Positions 45,824-55,110 of a DNA stretch of 64,000 bases are shown piece after piece. Position 1 is the stretch's first letter, and each line of letters starts with the position of its first letter. The stretch comes from Eubacteriales bacterium. GTDB taxonomy: Bacteria; Bacillota; Clostridia; Oscillospirales; CAG-272. Under the pieces are notes generated by a model. That model was not told the origin of the DNA. It was given only the letters and a program-made list of their open reading frames with translations, and made no database searches. Made by a program: the position numbers and the translations under genes. The stretch is from positions 152,315-216,314 of the forward strand of contig JAZMZG010000017.1 of assembly GCA_045585835.1 (NCBI GenBank). The letters run 5' to 3'.

Positions 45824-48800
45824 ATGCTTAATCTCGTATATACGAGTTCATACGGAAGCTCAACGAAATACTATCGCTCTATTCTCGAAAAGCTGACGAG
45901 CGAAGGTAAAAAATGCTTTCTTTTCGTACCCGAAAGCTCCGTTTTGAAAACGGAACAAGAGCTGTTCTCCTCCCTCTGCCCCACTGCAAATCTCTGTTTT
46001 GACGTTTTGAGCTTTAAGAGGCTTACAAACCGTCTTGCAAGACAATACGGAGGACTGAAAAATTCCTTCGTCAGCGAAGAAGGAAAGATAATCCTTACCG
46101 CTCTCGCGTTAAAAGAATGCTTGCCGCTATTGACAAAATACACAACCCTTGCGGAAAATGAGGAATTTATAAAAAGCCTTTCCGAGCAGATAACAAAGCT
46201 CAAATCGCTCGTATTTACCCCCGAGATGCTTTCCGATGCCGCATCAAAAGCAAGGGCTGCTCATCTTACGGTGACTGCCGATAAGCTTTCCGATATATCC
46301 GTCGTATATTCTGCATACGACACCTTGCTTCACCGTGACCTTTGGGATATGGGAGATAGGCTCATTTATGCGGCAACACAGCTCGAAGACGGCGACTTTT
46401 TTGCGGATTCATACGTATTTTTCGACGGATTTTCGGGATTCACCCCCGCAGAGTACGCTATCATAAAGAAAATTATGAAAAGCTGCAAGGAGCTTTATTT
46501 CACCGTATTTGCAAACGAAGATGAAAAAAGCGAGGTCTTCGAAAAGCCTCTTGCAACAGCCGATACGATAAAAAGACTTGCAAATAAATGCTCCTTCCCT
46601 ATATCGCTTCCGACGCATCTTTGCGAAAAAAACGAAAAGGACGATCTTGAGCTTATACGAACGAGTCTATGGGACTCAACCGTACAGGATAAAGCAAGCG
46701 AAAACGTCAAGATATACGCCTGCGACGGCATAAGCGGTGAAGCGGAGCGCGCCGCCTCTATAGTGCTTAACCTTTGCAGAGAGCACGGCTATCAAATGAA
46801 AGATATCGCACTCTGCGCCGTAGAGCCATCTCTTTACGAGGGTATCTTGGACGCGGTTTTTGAAAAGCATAACATACCTCTGTTTATGTCCGTCAAAAAT
46901 AATTTCTCCGAGTTTCCTCTATGTAAGCTCGTTTTTGCAAGTCTCTGCGCCGTGCATAACGGATTTCGCTGTGAGGATATGATGGGCGTACTCAAAAGCG
47001 CTCTTTCAAACGTACCCGAAAAGCTTGCCGATTCGCTTGAGATATATGCTCGCACTTGGAATATAAGCGGCGGTCTTTGGCAGACCGATAAGGATTTCCC
47101 CTTTAACCCCGATGGTTTCTCGGAAAAGGTAAGCTACAGAGGCGAAAAAATACTCGACGATGCAAATACGGCAAAGCGCCTGCTTGCAGTCCCTTTATAC
47201 GATCTTGCCGATAAATTTAAGCTCGGACAGTGCGCAAAGGACTATGCTGTAGCTTTATATGAATATTTGAATGAACTGAAAGCAGAAGAAAAGCTCGACG
47301 CTCTTGCTGATTTTGACAAGGAGCAGGGAGATATATTTTTGGCAGAGCTGCAAAAACGCCTTTACGAAAGCTTTGTGCATATTCTTGAAGAATGCGTAGA
47401 GCTGTGCGGGGATAAAAAGCTAAACTCGCGTCAATTTGAAGAAATACTGCTTCTTGCGATGAAGAGCCTTTCGCTTCAAGTCATTCCCACATCTATAGAC
47501 GAAGTACAGCTTCTCTCACCCGCATCCTTATTCGGCACAAAGCCCAAAGCCTTGATAATACTCGGAGCCTGCGAGGGCATATTCCCCGGCAAACAGTCAA
47601 GCGACGGTTTCTTTACGAAGGCAGAGCTTCGTGCATTCGAAAGTCTCGGACTTGATCTCGGTGCGGATAAAGAAGATTTTTGCTGTGAGCCATTAAGGGA
47701 ATTTTACTGTGCAGCAAGTCTTCCCACGGAAAAGCTGTTTGTTTTATACGATAAAAAATCACCGCCATCAATGGCGGTTCACCGTCTTGAAAAGCTGTTT
47801 TCCGCTTCCGATATTACAGGTAAGCCTTTAGCGCTTGTCGGTATTCAGGCAATAGCCGACGCTTATGCGGAAAGCTCAGACGGTCTGCTTGCCGAAATAC
47901 TTAAAAGCAAGGCGCCGAAGCTATATGAAAATACCGAAAAAAGCATATTCTTCACAGAAGAAAAAATAGACTCGGAGATAGCAAAAAAGGCGATAGGCGA
48001 AAACTACAGCATAAGCCCCTCAACAGTTGAAAGCTTCCGCCTTTGCAAGCTTTCGTGTTGGTGTAACCGTATCCTCTCGCTAAGAAGTGAGGACAAAGCG
48101 GAGCTGTCGGTAATAGATATAGGAAAGTACATACACAGCATACTCGAAAAATTTATAAACGAATGTCTTGTAAGCGGAAAAAGCTTCAAGGATATGACAA
48201 ACGGCGATATAAGCAAATGCGCGGAAAAAGGTGCCGAGGAGTTTATACACTCCGTTTTCGGCGGATTTGACGATAAAAGCAAGCGCTTTAAATATATAGT
48301 CACCCGCCTTCGAATAAGCCTTGAGATGTTTATACGAAATATGGTCGAGGAATTCAAGCAAAGCAAATTCGTGCCGTGGAAAACCGAGCTTCCCATAGGA
48401 AGAGGGGACGTGCCGGGCCTTTGCGTCACTCTTGAAGACGGCGCAAAGCTTTCCGTAAACGGCATCACCGACAGAGTGGATATCTATAAAAAAGACGATG
48501 TGGCATATATAAGGGTCGTGGACTACAAAAGCGGCACAAAAAATTTCTCGTTAAAATATGTCGACCTCGGGCTCGATTTGCAAATGCTTATGTATCTCTT
48601 TTCCGTTTGTATGCTTGACGGTGACGAAGAGGGCAGAAAGCTCGTACCTGCGGGAGTGCTTTACAGCTCGCCTAAAAAAACAAGTCTTGCTCAAAATGAC
48701 CTTTCCGCCGTTATGGACGATACCATAATGCGAGAGTACGCCGCATCGGGAATATTCCTTGCGGATATCGACGTACTCACCGCTATGGATAAGGAGCTTT

Positions 48801-49048
48801 CGGGAAGATTTATACCCGTAAAGCTGAAAAAGGACGGCAGTTTCTATGCAAACAGTAACGTCATCAGCTCCGAAAGCTTCCAAAAGCTTCAAAATCAGCT
48901 TGAAGGTATACTCTCGGACATAGGAAAAGAAATGCGCGAAGGTCTTGCCGACGCACATCCGTATAACGACGGCGTGAGAGATGCATGCAAATACTGTAAG
49001 CTGCAAAGCCTATGCAGACACGAAGAAACACTCTTAGAGGAAGAATAA
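45824..49048 (+). CDS. addB: AddB/RexB-type helicase-nuclease subunit B (PD-(D/E)XK nuclease with Fe-S staple)
   Basis: 1074 aa. C-terminal nuclease motifs GITDRVD, VVDYKSG and QMLMYL. Cys residues at ...LCKLSCWC... and CKYCKLQSLC (1+3 pattern). The N-terminal Walker A region is degenerate (SSYGSSTK). Confidence 0.8.
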   Translation: MLNLVYTSSYGSSTKYYRSILEKLTSEGKKCFLFVPESSVLKTEQELFSSLCPTANLCFDVLSFKRLTNRLARQYGGLKNSFVSEEGKIILTALALKECLPLLTKYTTLAENEEFIKSLSEQITKLKSLVFTPEMLSDAASKARAAHLTVTADKLSDISVVYSAYDTLLHRDLWDMGDRLIYAATQLEDGDFFADSYVFFDGFSGFTPAEYAIIKKIMKSCKELYFTVFANEDEKSEVFEKPLATADTIKRLANKCSFPISLPTHLCEKNEKDDLELIRTSLWDSTVQDKASENVKIYACDGISGEAERAASIVLNLCREHGYQMKDIALCAVEPSLYEGILDAVFEKHNIPLFMSVKNNFSEFPLCKLVFASLCAVHNGFRCEDMMGVLKSALSNVPEKLADSLEIYARTWNISGGLWQTDKDFPFNPDGFSEKVSYRGEKILDDANTAKRLLAVPLYDLADKFKLGQCAKDYAVALYEYLNELKAEEKLDALADFDKEQGDIFLAELQKRLYESFVHILEECVELCGDKKLNSRQFEEILLLAMKSLSLQVIPTSIDEVQLLSPASLFGTKPKALIILGACEGIFPGKQSSDGFFTKAELRAFESLGLDLGADKEDFCCEPLREFYCAASLPTEKLFVLYDKKSPPSMAVHRLEKLFSASDITGKPLALVGIQAIADAYAESSDGLLAEILKSKAPKLYENTEKSIFFTEEKIDSEIAKKAIGENYSISPSTVESFRLCKLSCWCNRILSLRSEDKAELSVIDIGKYIHSILEKFINECLVSGKSFKDMTNGDISKCAEKGAEEFIHSVFGGFDDKSKRFKYIVTRLRISLEMFIRNMVEEFKQSKFVPWKTELPIGRGDVPGLCVTLEDGAKLSVNGITDRVDIYKKDDVAYIRVVDYKSGTKNFSLKYVDLGLDLQMLMYLFSVCMLDGDEEGRKLVPAGVLYSSPKKTSLAQNDLSAVMDDTIMREYAASGIFLADIDVLTAMDKELSGRFIPVKLKKDGSFYANSNVISSESFQKLQNQLEGILSDIGKEMREGLADAHPYNDGVRDACKYCKLQSLCRHEETLLEEE

Positions 49049-49113
49049 GCAAAATGCGTTCTTATTAAAATAAGGGCGCATTTTTTGCCAATTTTTACAG
49101 CATACTTTAAGTT

Positions 49114-49143
49114 TGAATTGACTTTGCTTTATACGGCAATACT
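49114..49143 (+). promoter_or_regulatory. Possible forespore (sigma-F/G-type) promoter of sigG
   Basis: TGAATT (49114-49119), 15 nt, GGCAATACT (49135-49143). This is a partial match to my recollection of the sigma-F consensus (GYATA-N15-GGnnAnAnT). Confidence 0.35.
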
Positions 49144-49176
49144 CCTTGTATACGATATACGGCAAGGAGTGATGAT

Positions 49177-49950
49177 ATGTTTTGCGGCAAGGTCGAAATT
49201 TGCGGTGTAAATACCTCACACCTTAAAGTCTTGACGGGAAATGAAACTAAAGAACTGCTGATAAGGGTAAAAAACGGAGATAAAAAAGCAAGAGAAGAGT
49301 TAACGTGCGGAAATTTAAAGCTCGTTTTAAGCGTTATGAAACGATTTTACTCTCGGGGAGAGTCAAGCGACGATTTATTTCAAGTGGGCTGTATAGGCCT
49401 TATGAAAGCGATAGACAATTTCGATATCTCACAAAACGTGCGCTTTTCAACTTATGCGGTGCCGATGATAATCGGCGAGATACGAAGATTTTTACGGGAT
49501 AACAGCACTATAAGGGTTTCACGCTCTATAAAAGACCTCGCTTATCGCATATTAAAAGCGAAAGAAGCGCTTTGTATTGAGCTTTCAAGAGAGCCGACGC
49601 CCTCAGAGATCGCCAAAAATCTCAACGTTGCGGAATCGGAGATAAGTCTTGCGCTTGAAGCCGTGTCGGAACCCGTTTCGCTTCACGAACCGATATACAA
49701 TGAGGGAAGAGATACCGTTTCGCTTGAAGATCAGATCAAAGACCCCAATGCAGACGACGATATTTTGATAGAGCAGATAGCCCTCTCTGACGCAATAAAA
49801 AAGCTCGGAGAAAGAGAAAAACGCATACTTTCAATGCGCTATTTCGACGGCAAAACGCAAATGGAAGTTGCGTCTATGATAGATATCTCGCAAGCACAGG
49901 TGTCAAGGCTCGAAAAGGCGGCTCTCGATAAAATTAAAAAAATGTTGTGA
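49177..49950 (+). CDS. sigG: Sporulation sigma factor SigG
   Basis: Near-collinear identity blocks with B. subtilis SigG: KVEICGVNTS, NLKLVLSV, DDLFQVGCIGLMKAIDNFD, RFSTYAVPMIIGEIRRFLRDN, IRVSRS, GKTQMEVA..ISQAQVSRLEKAA. Confidence 0.9.
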   Translation: MFCGKVEICGVNTSHLKVLTGNETKELLIRVKNGDKKAREELTCGNLKLVLSVMKRFYSRGESSDDLFQVGCIGLMKAIDNFDISQNVRFSTYAVPMIIGEIRRFLRDNSTIRVSRSIKDLAYRILKAKEALCIELSREPTPSEIAKNLNVAESEISLALEAVSEPVSLHEPIYNEGRDTVSLEDQIKDPNADDDILIEQIALSDAIKKLGEREKRILSMRYFDGKTQMEVASMIDISQAQVSRLEKAALDKIKKML

Positions 49951-49956
49951 AAACTC

Positions 49957-49985
49957 TTTACAAACGCAAAAAAATGTGATATGAT
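49957..49985 (+). promoter_or_regulatory. Sigma-A promoter of rpsO
   Basis: TTTACA (49957-49962), 17 nt, TATGAT (49980-49985). It leaves a leader of about 100 nt. Confidence 0.55.
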
Positions 49986-50087
49986 ATGAAAGCCGATGAC
50001 TCGGTATAGGGATAATTATGCCCCTTTGGGTATGCCTCACGCCTTATTCTTGGTCAAGCGGTAATAAAATAAAATGAGGTAAGAAAA

Positions 50088-50348
50088 ATGACAGCACAGG
50101 AAAAAACAAACATCATCAAAACTTATGCCGTTCACGAGGGTGACACAGGTTCTCCCGAGGTTCAGATCGCAGTTTTGACAACTCGCATCAATGAACTCAA
50201 CGTTCACCTTGAAAAGAACCACAACGATCACCACAGCCGCAGAGGTCTTCTCAAAATGGTAGGTCACAGAAGAAACCTTCTCAACTACCTTCAGAAGAAG
50301 GACATCGAGCGTTACCGTGCAATCAAAGCTAAGTTGGGACTCAGATAA
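50088..50348 (+). CDS. rpsO: 30S ribosomal protein S15
   Basis: 86 aa. [32 protein letters not shown] is canonical S15. Confidence 0.97.
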   Translation: MTAQEKTNIIKTYAVHEGDTGSPEVQIAVLTTRINELNVHLEKNHNDHHSRRGLLKMVGHRRNLLNYLQKKDIERYRAIKAKLGLR

Positions 50349-50359
50349 GAGTCTCTTTT

Positions 50360-50387
50360 AAGGGGCGGTTTTTCCGCCCCTTTTTTC
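50360..50387 (+). terminator. rpsO terminator/attenuator
   Basis: AAGGGGCGG-ttttt-CCGCCCCTT followed by TTTT. Confidence 0.85.
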
Positions 50388-50515
50388 CGAAAAGCATACG
50401 AAGGAGCATCTTTCTTTAGCAGTTATATGCATCGTAAAGTATCGTGCGGTGCGTATAAGTGCTAAAGGTTTCTCTTTCGTCTGAAAATATATTTTACAAA
50501 GAAAAGGAGAAAACC

Positions 50516-52612
50516 ATGTTTGAGAATTATCGCACATTTACAATGGACCTTGCAGGCAGACCTCTCACGATTGAGACAGGCAAAATAGCACAGCTTGCAA
50601 ACGCATCTTGCATAGTAAGATACGGCGACACCGCAGTTCTTGCTTGTGCAACCGCATCAGCCGCTCCCCGTGACGGCATCGACTTTTTGCCCCTTTCCGT
50701 AGACTTCGAGGAGAGACTTTACTCCGTGGGTAAGATCCCCGGAAGCTGGAACCGCAGAGAAGGCCGTCCTCCCGAGAAGGCTATACTTTCTTCGAGAGTA
50801 ATCGACCGACCCATTCGCCCCCTCTTCCCCAAGGATCTTCGCAACGACGTTGTTTTGAGTCTTACCGTTATGTCCACCGACCCTGACTGCGAGCCCGAAG
50901 TAGCAGCTATGATCGGTGCATCTCTTGCGCTCACCATCTCCGATATTCCTTGGAACGGACCTATCGCAGGCGTTCATGTGGGACTTGTTGACGGCAAGGT
51001 AGTAATCAACCCCAACGCCGCAGAAAGAGCAGTATCCGATCTTCAGCTTACCGTCGCTTCCAGCGAAAAGAAGGTAGTAATGATCGAAGCGGGCGCAAAC
51101 GAAGTTCCCAACGACGTTATGTTTAACGCTATCATGGAAGCTCACAAGGTAAACGGCGAGATAATCAAGTTTATAAACGATATTCAAAGCCAAATCGGCA
51201 AGGAAAAGTTTGCTTATCCTTCCGCAGAGGTTGACCACGATATGTTCGAGGCTATCAAGGCTGACGTTATCGAGGACGTTAAGCTTGCGCTCGATACAGA
51301 CGACAAGACAGTCCGCGACGCAAGACTTCAACCCATCTACGAGGCAGTTCACGCAAAGTATGACGAGATATACCCCGACAGCACCGCTATGATAGACGAA
51401 TGCATGTATAAGATACAGAAATTCATCGTCCGCCGTTGGCTCCTTGACGAGCAAAAGCGTGTTGACGGACGCGGTATGGACGAGATTCGTCCCTTGGCGG
51501 CAGAGGTCGGACTCTTCAAGAGAGTTCACGGCTCGGGCCTTTTCACAAGAGGTCAGACACAGGTTCTCACCATAGCAACTCTCGGAAGCGGCGACGACGA
51601 GCAGATGCTCGACGGAATCGACGGTGAGGACTCCAAGAGATATATGCACCACTACAATATGCCCGGCTATTCCACGGGTGAAGCAAAGGCCGTAAGAACT
51701 CCCGGCCGACGCGAAATAGGCCACGGTGCTCTCGCCGAGCGTTCACTCGTTCCCGTACTTCCCTCCAAGGAAGAATTCCCCTACACGATAAGACTCGTAT
51801 CCGAAGTTGTTTCCTCCAACGGCTCTACATCTCAAGCATCCGTTTGCGGTTCTACTCTTGCACTTATGGATGCGGGCGTGCCCATCAAGGCTCCCGTTGC
51901 AGGTATCTCTTGCGGACTTATCACCGAGGGCGAGCGTTGGATGACGATGACGGATATTCAAGGCCTTGAAGACTTCTTCGGCGATATGGACTTTAAGGTT
52001 GCGGGCACGAAGAAGGGTATTACGTCCATTCAGATGGACCTCAAGATCGACGGTCTTACACCCGAGATCATCGCTCAGGCATTTGAGAAGACCTACGAAG
52101 GCAGATGCCACATAATCGACGACGTTATTTTGAAGGCTATCGAAGCTCCCAGAAGCGACGTTTCCGAATATGCTCCCAAGATGCTCACTATGACAATACA
52201 CCCCGACAAGATCCGTGAAGTTATCGGCTCCGGCGGTAAGGTAATTCAAAAGATCTGCGCAGATACGGGCGCAAAGATAGACATTGAGGACGACGGTTCC
52301 ATCTTCATCAGCTGCGTATCCCGCGACGGCGCATACGAAGCAAAGAAGATAATCGAGGGCATCGTTCACGAGCCCGAGGTTGGCGAAGTTTACACGGGCA
52401 AGGTGCTTCGTATTCTCCCCTTTGGCGCATTTATCGACCTCGGCAACGGCAGAGACGGTATGATACACATCTCCAAGCTCGACCACAAGCGTGTTGAGAA
52501 GGTTGAAGACGTTATCAATATCGGCGACGACGTTACGGCAAAGATAATCGAAATCGACGAAAAGGGCAGAATCAATCTTTCAAGAAAAGCTTGCCTTCCC
52601 AAAGAAGAATAA
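50516..52612 (+). CDS. pnp: Polyribonucleotide nucleotidyltransferase (PNPase)
   Basis: ATG 50516 follows AAGGAGAAAACC. Two RNase PH domains, KH (GSGGKVIQKI) and S1 (GKVLRILPFGAFIDL). Confidence 0.95.
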   Translation: MFENYRTFTMDLAGRPLTIETGKIAQLANASCIVRYGDTAVLACATASAAPRDGIDFLPLSVDFEERLYSVGKIPGSWNRREGRPPEKAILSSRVIDRPIRPLFPKDLRNDVVLSLTVMSTDPDCEPEVAAMIGASLALTISDIPWNGPIAGVHVGLVDGKVVINPNAAERAVSDLQLTVASSEKKVVMIEAGANEVPNDVMFNAIMEAHKVNGEIIKFINDIQSQIGKEKFAYPSAEVDHDMFEAIKADVIEDVKLALDTDDKTVRDARLQPIYEAVHAKYDEIYPDSTAMIDECMYKIQKFIVRRWLLDEQKRVDGRGMDEIRPLAAEVGLFKRVHGSGLFTRGQTQVLTIATLGSGDDEQMLDGIDGEDSKRYMHHYNMPGYSTGEAKAVRTPGRREIGHGALAERSLVPVLPSKEEFPYTIRLVSEVVSSNGSTSQASVCGSTLALMDAGVPIKAPVAGISCGLITEGERWMTMTDIQGLEDFFGDMDFKVAGTKKGITSIQMDLKIDGLTPEIIAQAFEKTYEGRCHIIDDVILKAIEAPRSDVSEYAPKMLTMTIHPDKIREVIGSGGKVIQKICADTGAKIDIEDDGSIFISCVSRDGAYEAKKIIEGIVHEPEVGEVYTGKVLRILPFGAFIDLGNGRDGMIHISKLDHKRVEKVEDVINIGDDVTAKIIEIDEKGRINLSRKACLPKEE

Positions 52613-52619
52613 TTAAAGC

Positions 52620-52653
52620 AAGCTCCCCGTTTTTAGAAAAAGCGGGGAGCTTT
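52620..52653 (+). terminator. pnp terminator (short U-tract)
   Basis: AAGCTCCCCG-n13-CGGGGAGCTT followed by Tac. Confidence 0.5.
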
Positions 52654-52675
52654 ACACTTTTGAAAGGCTACAGAT

Positions 52676-53632
52676 ATGGATATAATCAGTATTTTCAAAG
52701 GCGCACTCTCGTTTGACGTTGATGCAGAGGGCTTTATAACGCCCTACCGCTTCACGAAAAAACAGCTTTCCGTATACGAGAAAAAGCCAAACGGCTCATA
52801 TGCAAAAGCCGCAGGCGGTATACTTGCCGAGTTTTATACAAACGCATCGGAAATCTCGTTTTCATATACCGTACATAAAGCTTGGACGAATATGTTTGAG
52901 GATTCCACGCCCACTTTCGATATTTACGAAAACGACATCTTAACGGATACAAAAGAGCTTTGTTTTTCGGATACAAAAAAGCATAAAATCTCATATAACT
53001 GCGAAAGTGTGCAAAAGAAAAAAATAAGCATAGTATTTCCTGCAAACGCCATAGTTTCCGTAGGCGATTTTAGCCTCGGGGAATATTGCCGCGCCGATTA
53101 TTCCAAAAGGAGTTTTCTTGTTCTCGGTGACTCCATTTCACAAGGACTTTTAAACAATACCGCATCAAATAACTATCCGTTTCTTTTAAGCCGATATCTC
53201 GATGCCGATTTTGTAAATCAAGGCGTGGGCGGAGACGGATTTTTCTCAAACGCTTTGGACTTGGTGGGGTTTGTGCCCGATTTTATAATAATAGAGCTTG
53301 GGACCAACGATATGGCTTTCGTGGGCGATATCGAAAAAACCAAAGTGCATATAAGGGAGTATTTTGAGCGCTACTTGGAGCTTTACAAGGGAATAAAAAC
53401 ATACGTTGTAACGCCCGCTTGGCTTTCCGATGCAAAGGAAAACAAGGAAAAATTCACATTACTTTTAAAAATATCCGACGAGGTAAAAAAAGAGGCGAAA
53501 AAGTACTCGTTTACGCTTATTGACGGTCAAAAGCTAATACCGCACCACAAGAGATATTTCTCCGATGATGCACACCCGAACAATCTCGGCTTTGCACATT
53601 ACACCCTTAATTTGACAAAATATTTCAAATAA
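52676..53632 (+). CDS. SGNH/GDSL hydrolase with N-terminal beta-rich domain
   Basis: Block I FLVLGDSISQG, block III ELGTNDM, block V SDDAHPN. About 140 aa of N-terminal extra domain. Confidence 0.75.
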   Translation: MDIISIFKGALSFDVDAEGFITPYRFTKKQLSVYEKKPNGSYAKAAGGILAEFYTNASEISFSYTVHKAWTNMFEDSTPTFDIYENDILTDTKELCFSDTKKHKISYNCESVQKKKISIVFPANAIVSVGDFSLGEYCRADYSKRSFLVLGDSISQGLLNNTASNNYPFLLSRYLDADFVNQGVGGDGFFSNALDLVGFVPDFIIIELGTNDMAFVGDIEKTKVHIREYFERYLELYKGIKTYVVTPAWLSDAKENKEKFTLLLKISDEVKKEAKKYSFTLIDGQKLIPHHKRYFSDDAHPNNLGFAHYTLNLTKYFK

Positions 53633-53643
53633 ACTTTCAAAAA

Positions 53644-53676
53644 AACAGAATGCTCAAAAAGCATCCTGTTTTTTTA
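53644..53676 (+). terminator. Rho-independent terminator
   Basis: AACAGAATGC-n7-GCATCCTGTT (one mismatch) followed by TTTTT. Confidence 0.7.
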
Positions 53677-53727
53677 TGTTATTCCATATTTTTTTACATA
53701 ATAATTATAATTTTTTGAATATATCTA

Positions 53728-53756
53728 TTGTAATAAGTTTCGAATTGTGATACAAT
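53728..53756 (+). promoter_or_regulatory. Sigma-A promoter of the hydrogenase operon, overlapped by a 15-bp palindrome
   Basis: TTGTAA (53728-53733), 17 nt, TACAAT (53751-53756). The palindrome AATTGT-gat-ACAATT spans 53743-53757. Confidence 0.55.
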
Positions 53757-53818
53757 TTAGGGTGAAATATAGCGCACTCCGAAGAGGAGCACCGCTGCAA
53801 TATAAGGAGGAAATTTTT

Positions 53819-54319
53819 ATGCAGAAGAAAATCAGCAAACTTCCCTTCAAGAGCACTCCCGAGCAAGATGCTGCTCTTGATGCAATCATCGCAAAATACA
53901 ACGATGATAAAGCAAACCTCATCACCGTTATGCAGGAAGCGCAGGATATTTACGGATATCTTCCCGTTGAGGTTCAAACAAAAATAGCAGACGGTATGGA
54001 CATTCCCCTTGAAAAAGTGTTTGGCGTGTCGACCTTCTATGCACAGTTCTCGCTTTCACAAAAAGGCGCTCACCACGTTGCTATCTGTCTTGGTACAGCT
54101 TGCTACGTAAAGGGCTCCGGAAAGCTCATGGAAGAATTTGAAAAGCAGCTCGGCATCAAGTCGGGTGAGATCTCCGACGACGGACAGTTCAGCCTTGATG
54201 CAACCCGTTGCATCGGCGCTTGCGGACTTGCTCCCGTTTTGACGGTCGGCGAAGACGTATATGGCAGACTTGATGAAACAATGGTTGCCGATATCGTTGC
54301 AAAATATAAAAACGCATGA
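53819..54319 (+). CDS. hydC: NuoE-like [2Fe-2S] subunit of multimeric [FeFe] hydrogenase (HydC-type)
   Basis: ATG 53819 follows AAGGAGGAAA. Thioredoxin-like 2Fe-2S Cys pattern: CLGTAC...CIGACGLAP. Confidence 0.85.
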   Translation: MQKKISKLPFKSTPEQDAALDAIIAKYNDDKANLITVMQEAQDIYGYLPVEVQTKIADGMDIPLEKVFGVSTFYAQFSLSQKGAHHVAICLGTACYVKGSGKLMEEFEKQLGIKSGEISDDGQFSLDATRCIGACGLAPVLTVGEDVYGRLDETMVADIVAKYKNA

Positions 54320-54669
54320 AAATAAAAGAGATTCAAGAGCTTCTTTCCGCCGAACTTCTATGCGGGGAGGAATCTGTACAAAACGACGTATTTTCTGCTT
54401 GCTGCAGTGATATGATGAGCGACGTTCTTGCATACGTTAAGGATCAAGGCGTTCTTCTTACGGGACTTGTAAATCCCCAAGTCATCCGTACTGCAAATAT
54501 GATGGATATACTTTGCATCGTATTCGTTAGAAATAAGCTCCCTTCCGACGAAATGATATCTTTGGCAAAGGAAAGCGGAATCGTACTTATGAAAACGGCT
54601 TTGAGAGCTTACGAGGCATGCGGAATACTCTATGACTCGGGGCTTGGAAACGATAAGTGCCATGGCTGA
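54316..54669 (+). CDS. DRTGG-domain protein (copy 1)
   Basis: ATGA overlap with hydC. 117 aa with a DRTGG-like core (VLLTGLVNPQVIRTANMMDILCIVFVRNK). Confidence 0.6.
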   Translation: MKIKEIQELLSAELLCGEESVQNDVFSACCSDMMSDVLAYVKDQGVLLTGLVNPQVIRTANMMDILCIVFVRNKLPSDEMISLAKESGIVLMKTALRAYEACGILYDSGLGNDKCHG

Positions 54670-55084
54670 ACCCATTAAATTTCATTTCGACGTTTACGGC
54701 GGCGACTTTTCCGCAGCGGGCGGAGCTTCCGTTGTGGTAAAGAAAAAGCTTCGCCAACTTGGATTTTCTCCCGATATAATTCGTAAGGTGTCGGTTGCGA
54801 TGTATGAAGGCGAGATAAATATGGTCATTCACGCAAACGGCGGTACGGCAGACGTTGAAGTCAGAGATGATTGTATTATGATCGTCCTTGCCGATAAGGG
54901 CCCCGGTATTCCCAACGTAGAGCTTGCGTTTACGGAAGGATATTCCACCGCAAGAGACGATATACGGGCGCTTGGATTCGGTGCCGGAATGGGTCTTCCC
55001 AATATGAAAAAATATACCGATGAGATGACCATTGATACGGTAATCGGAGTCGGCACTACGATAACGATGAAAGTGAATCTTTAG
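54662..55084 (+). CDS. GHKL ATPase, SpoIIAB/RsbW-like Ser-kinase-type (copy 1)
   Basis: ATG 54662 overlaps the upstream gene by 8 nt. N-box-like EGEINMVIHA, G1 DKGPGI, G2 GFGAGMGLPN. 140 aa with no sensor or DHp domain. Confidence 0.7.
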   Translation: MAEPIKFHFDVYGGDFSAAGGASVVVKKKLRQLGFSPDIIRKVSVAMYEGEINMVIHANGGTADVEVRDDCIMIVLADKGPGIPNVELAFTEGYSTARDDIRALGFGAGMGLPNMKKYTDEMTIDTVIGVGTTITMKVNL

Positions 55085-55110
55085 AAAATACGCTTAAAGG
55101 AGGTATATCT

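Noticed and set aside
50657-52486. 355-aa and 247-aa minus-strand ORFs
   Set aside because: Both are antisense to pnp, whose PNPase identity is unambiguous. They are shadow frames of a codon-biased gene.
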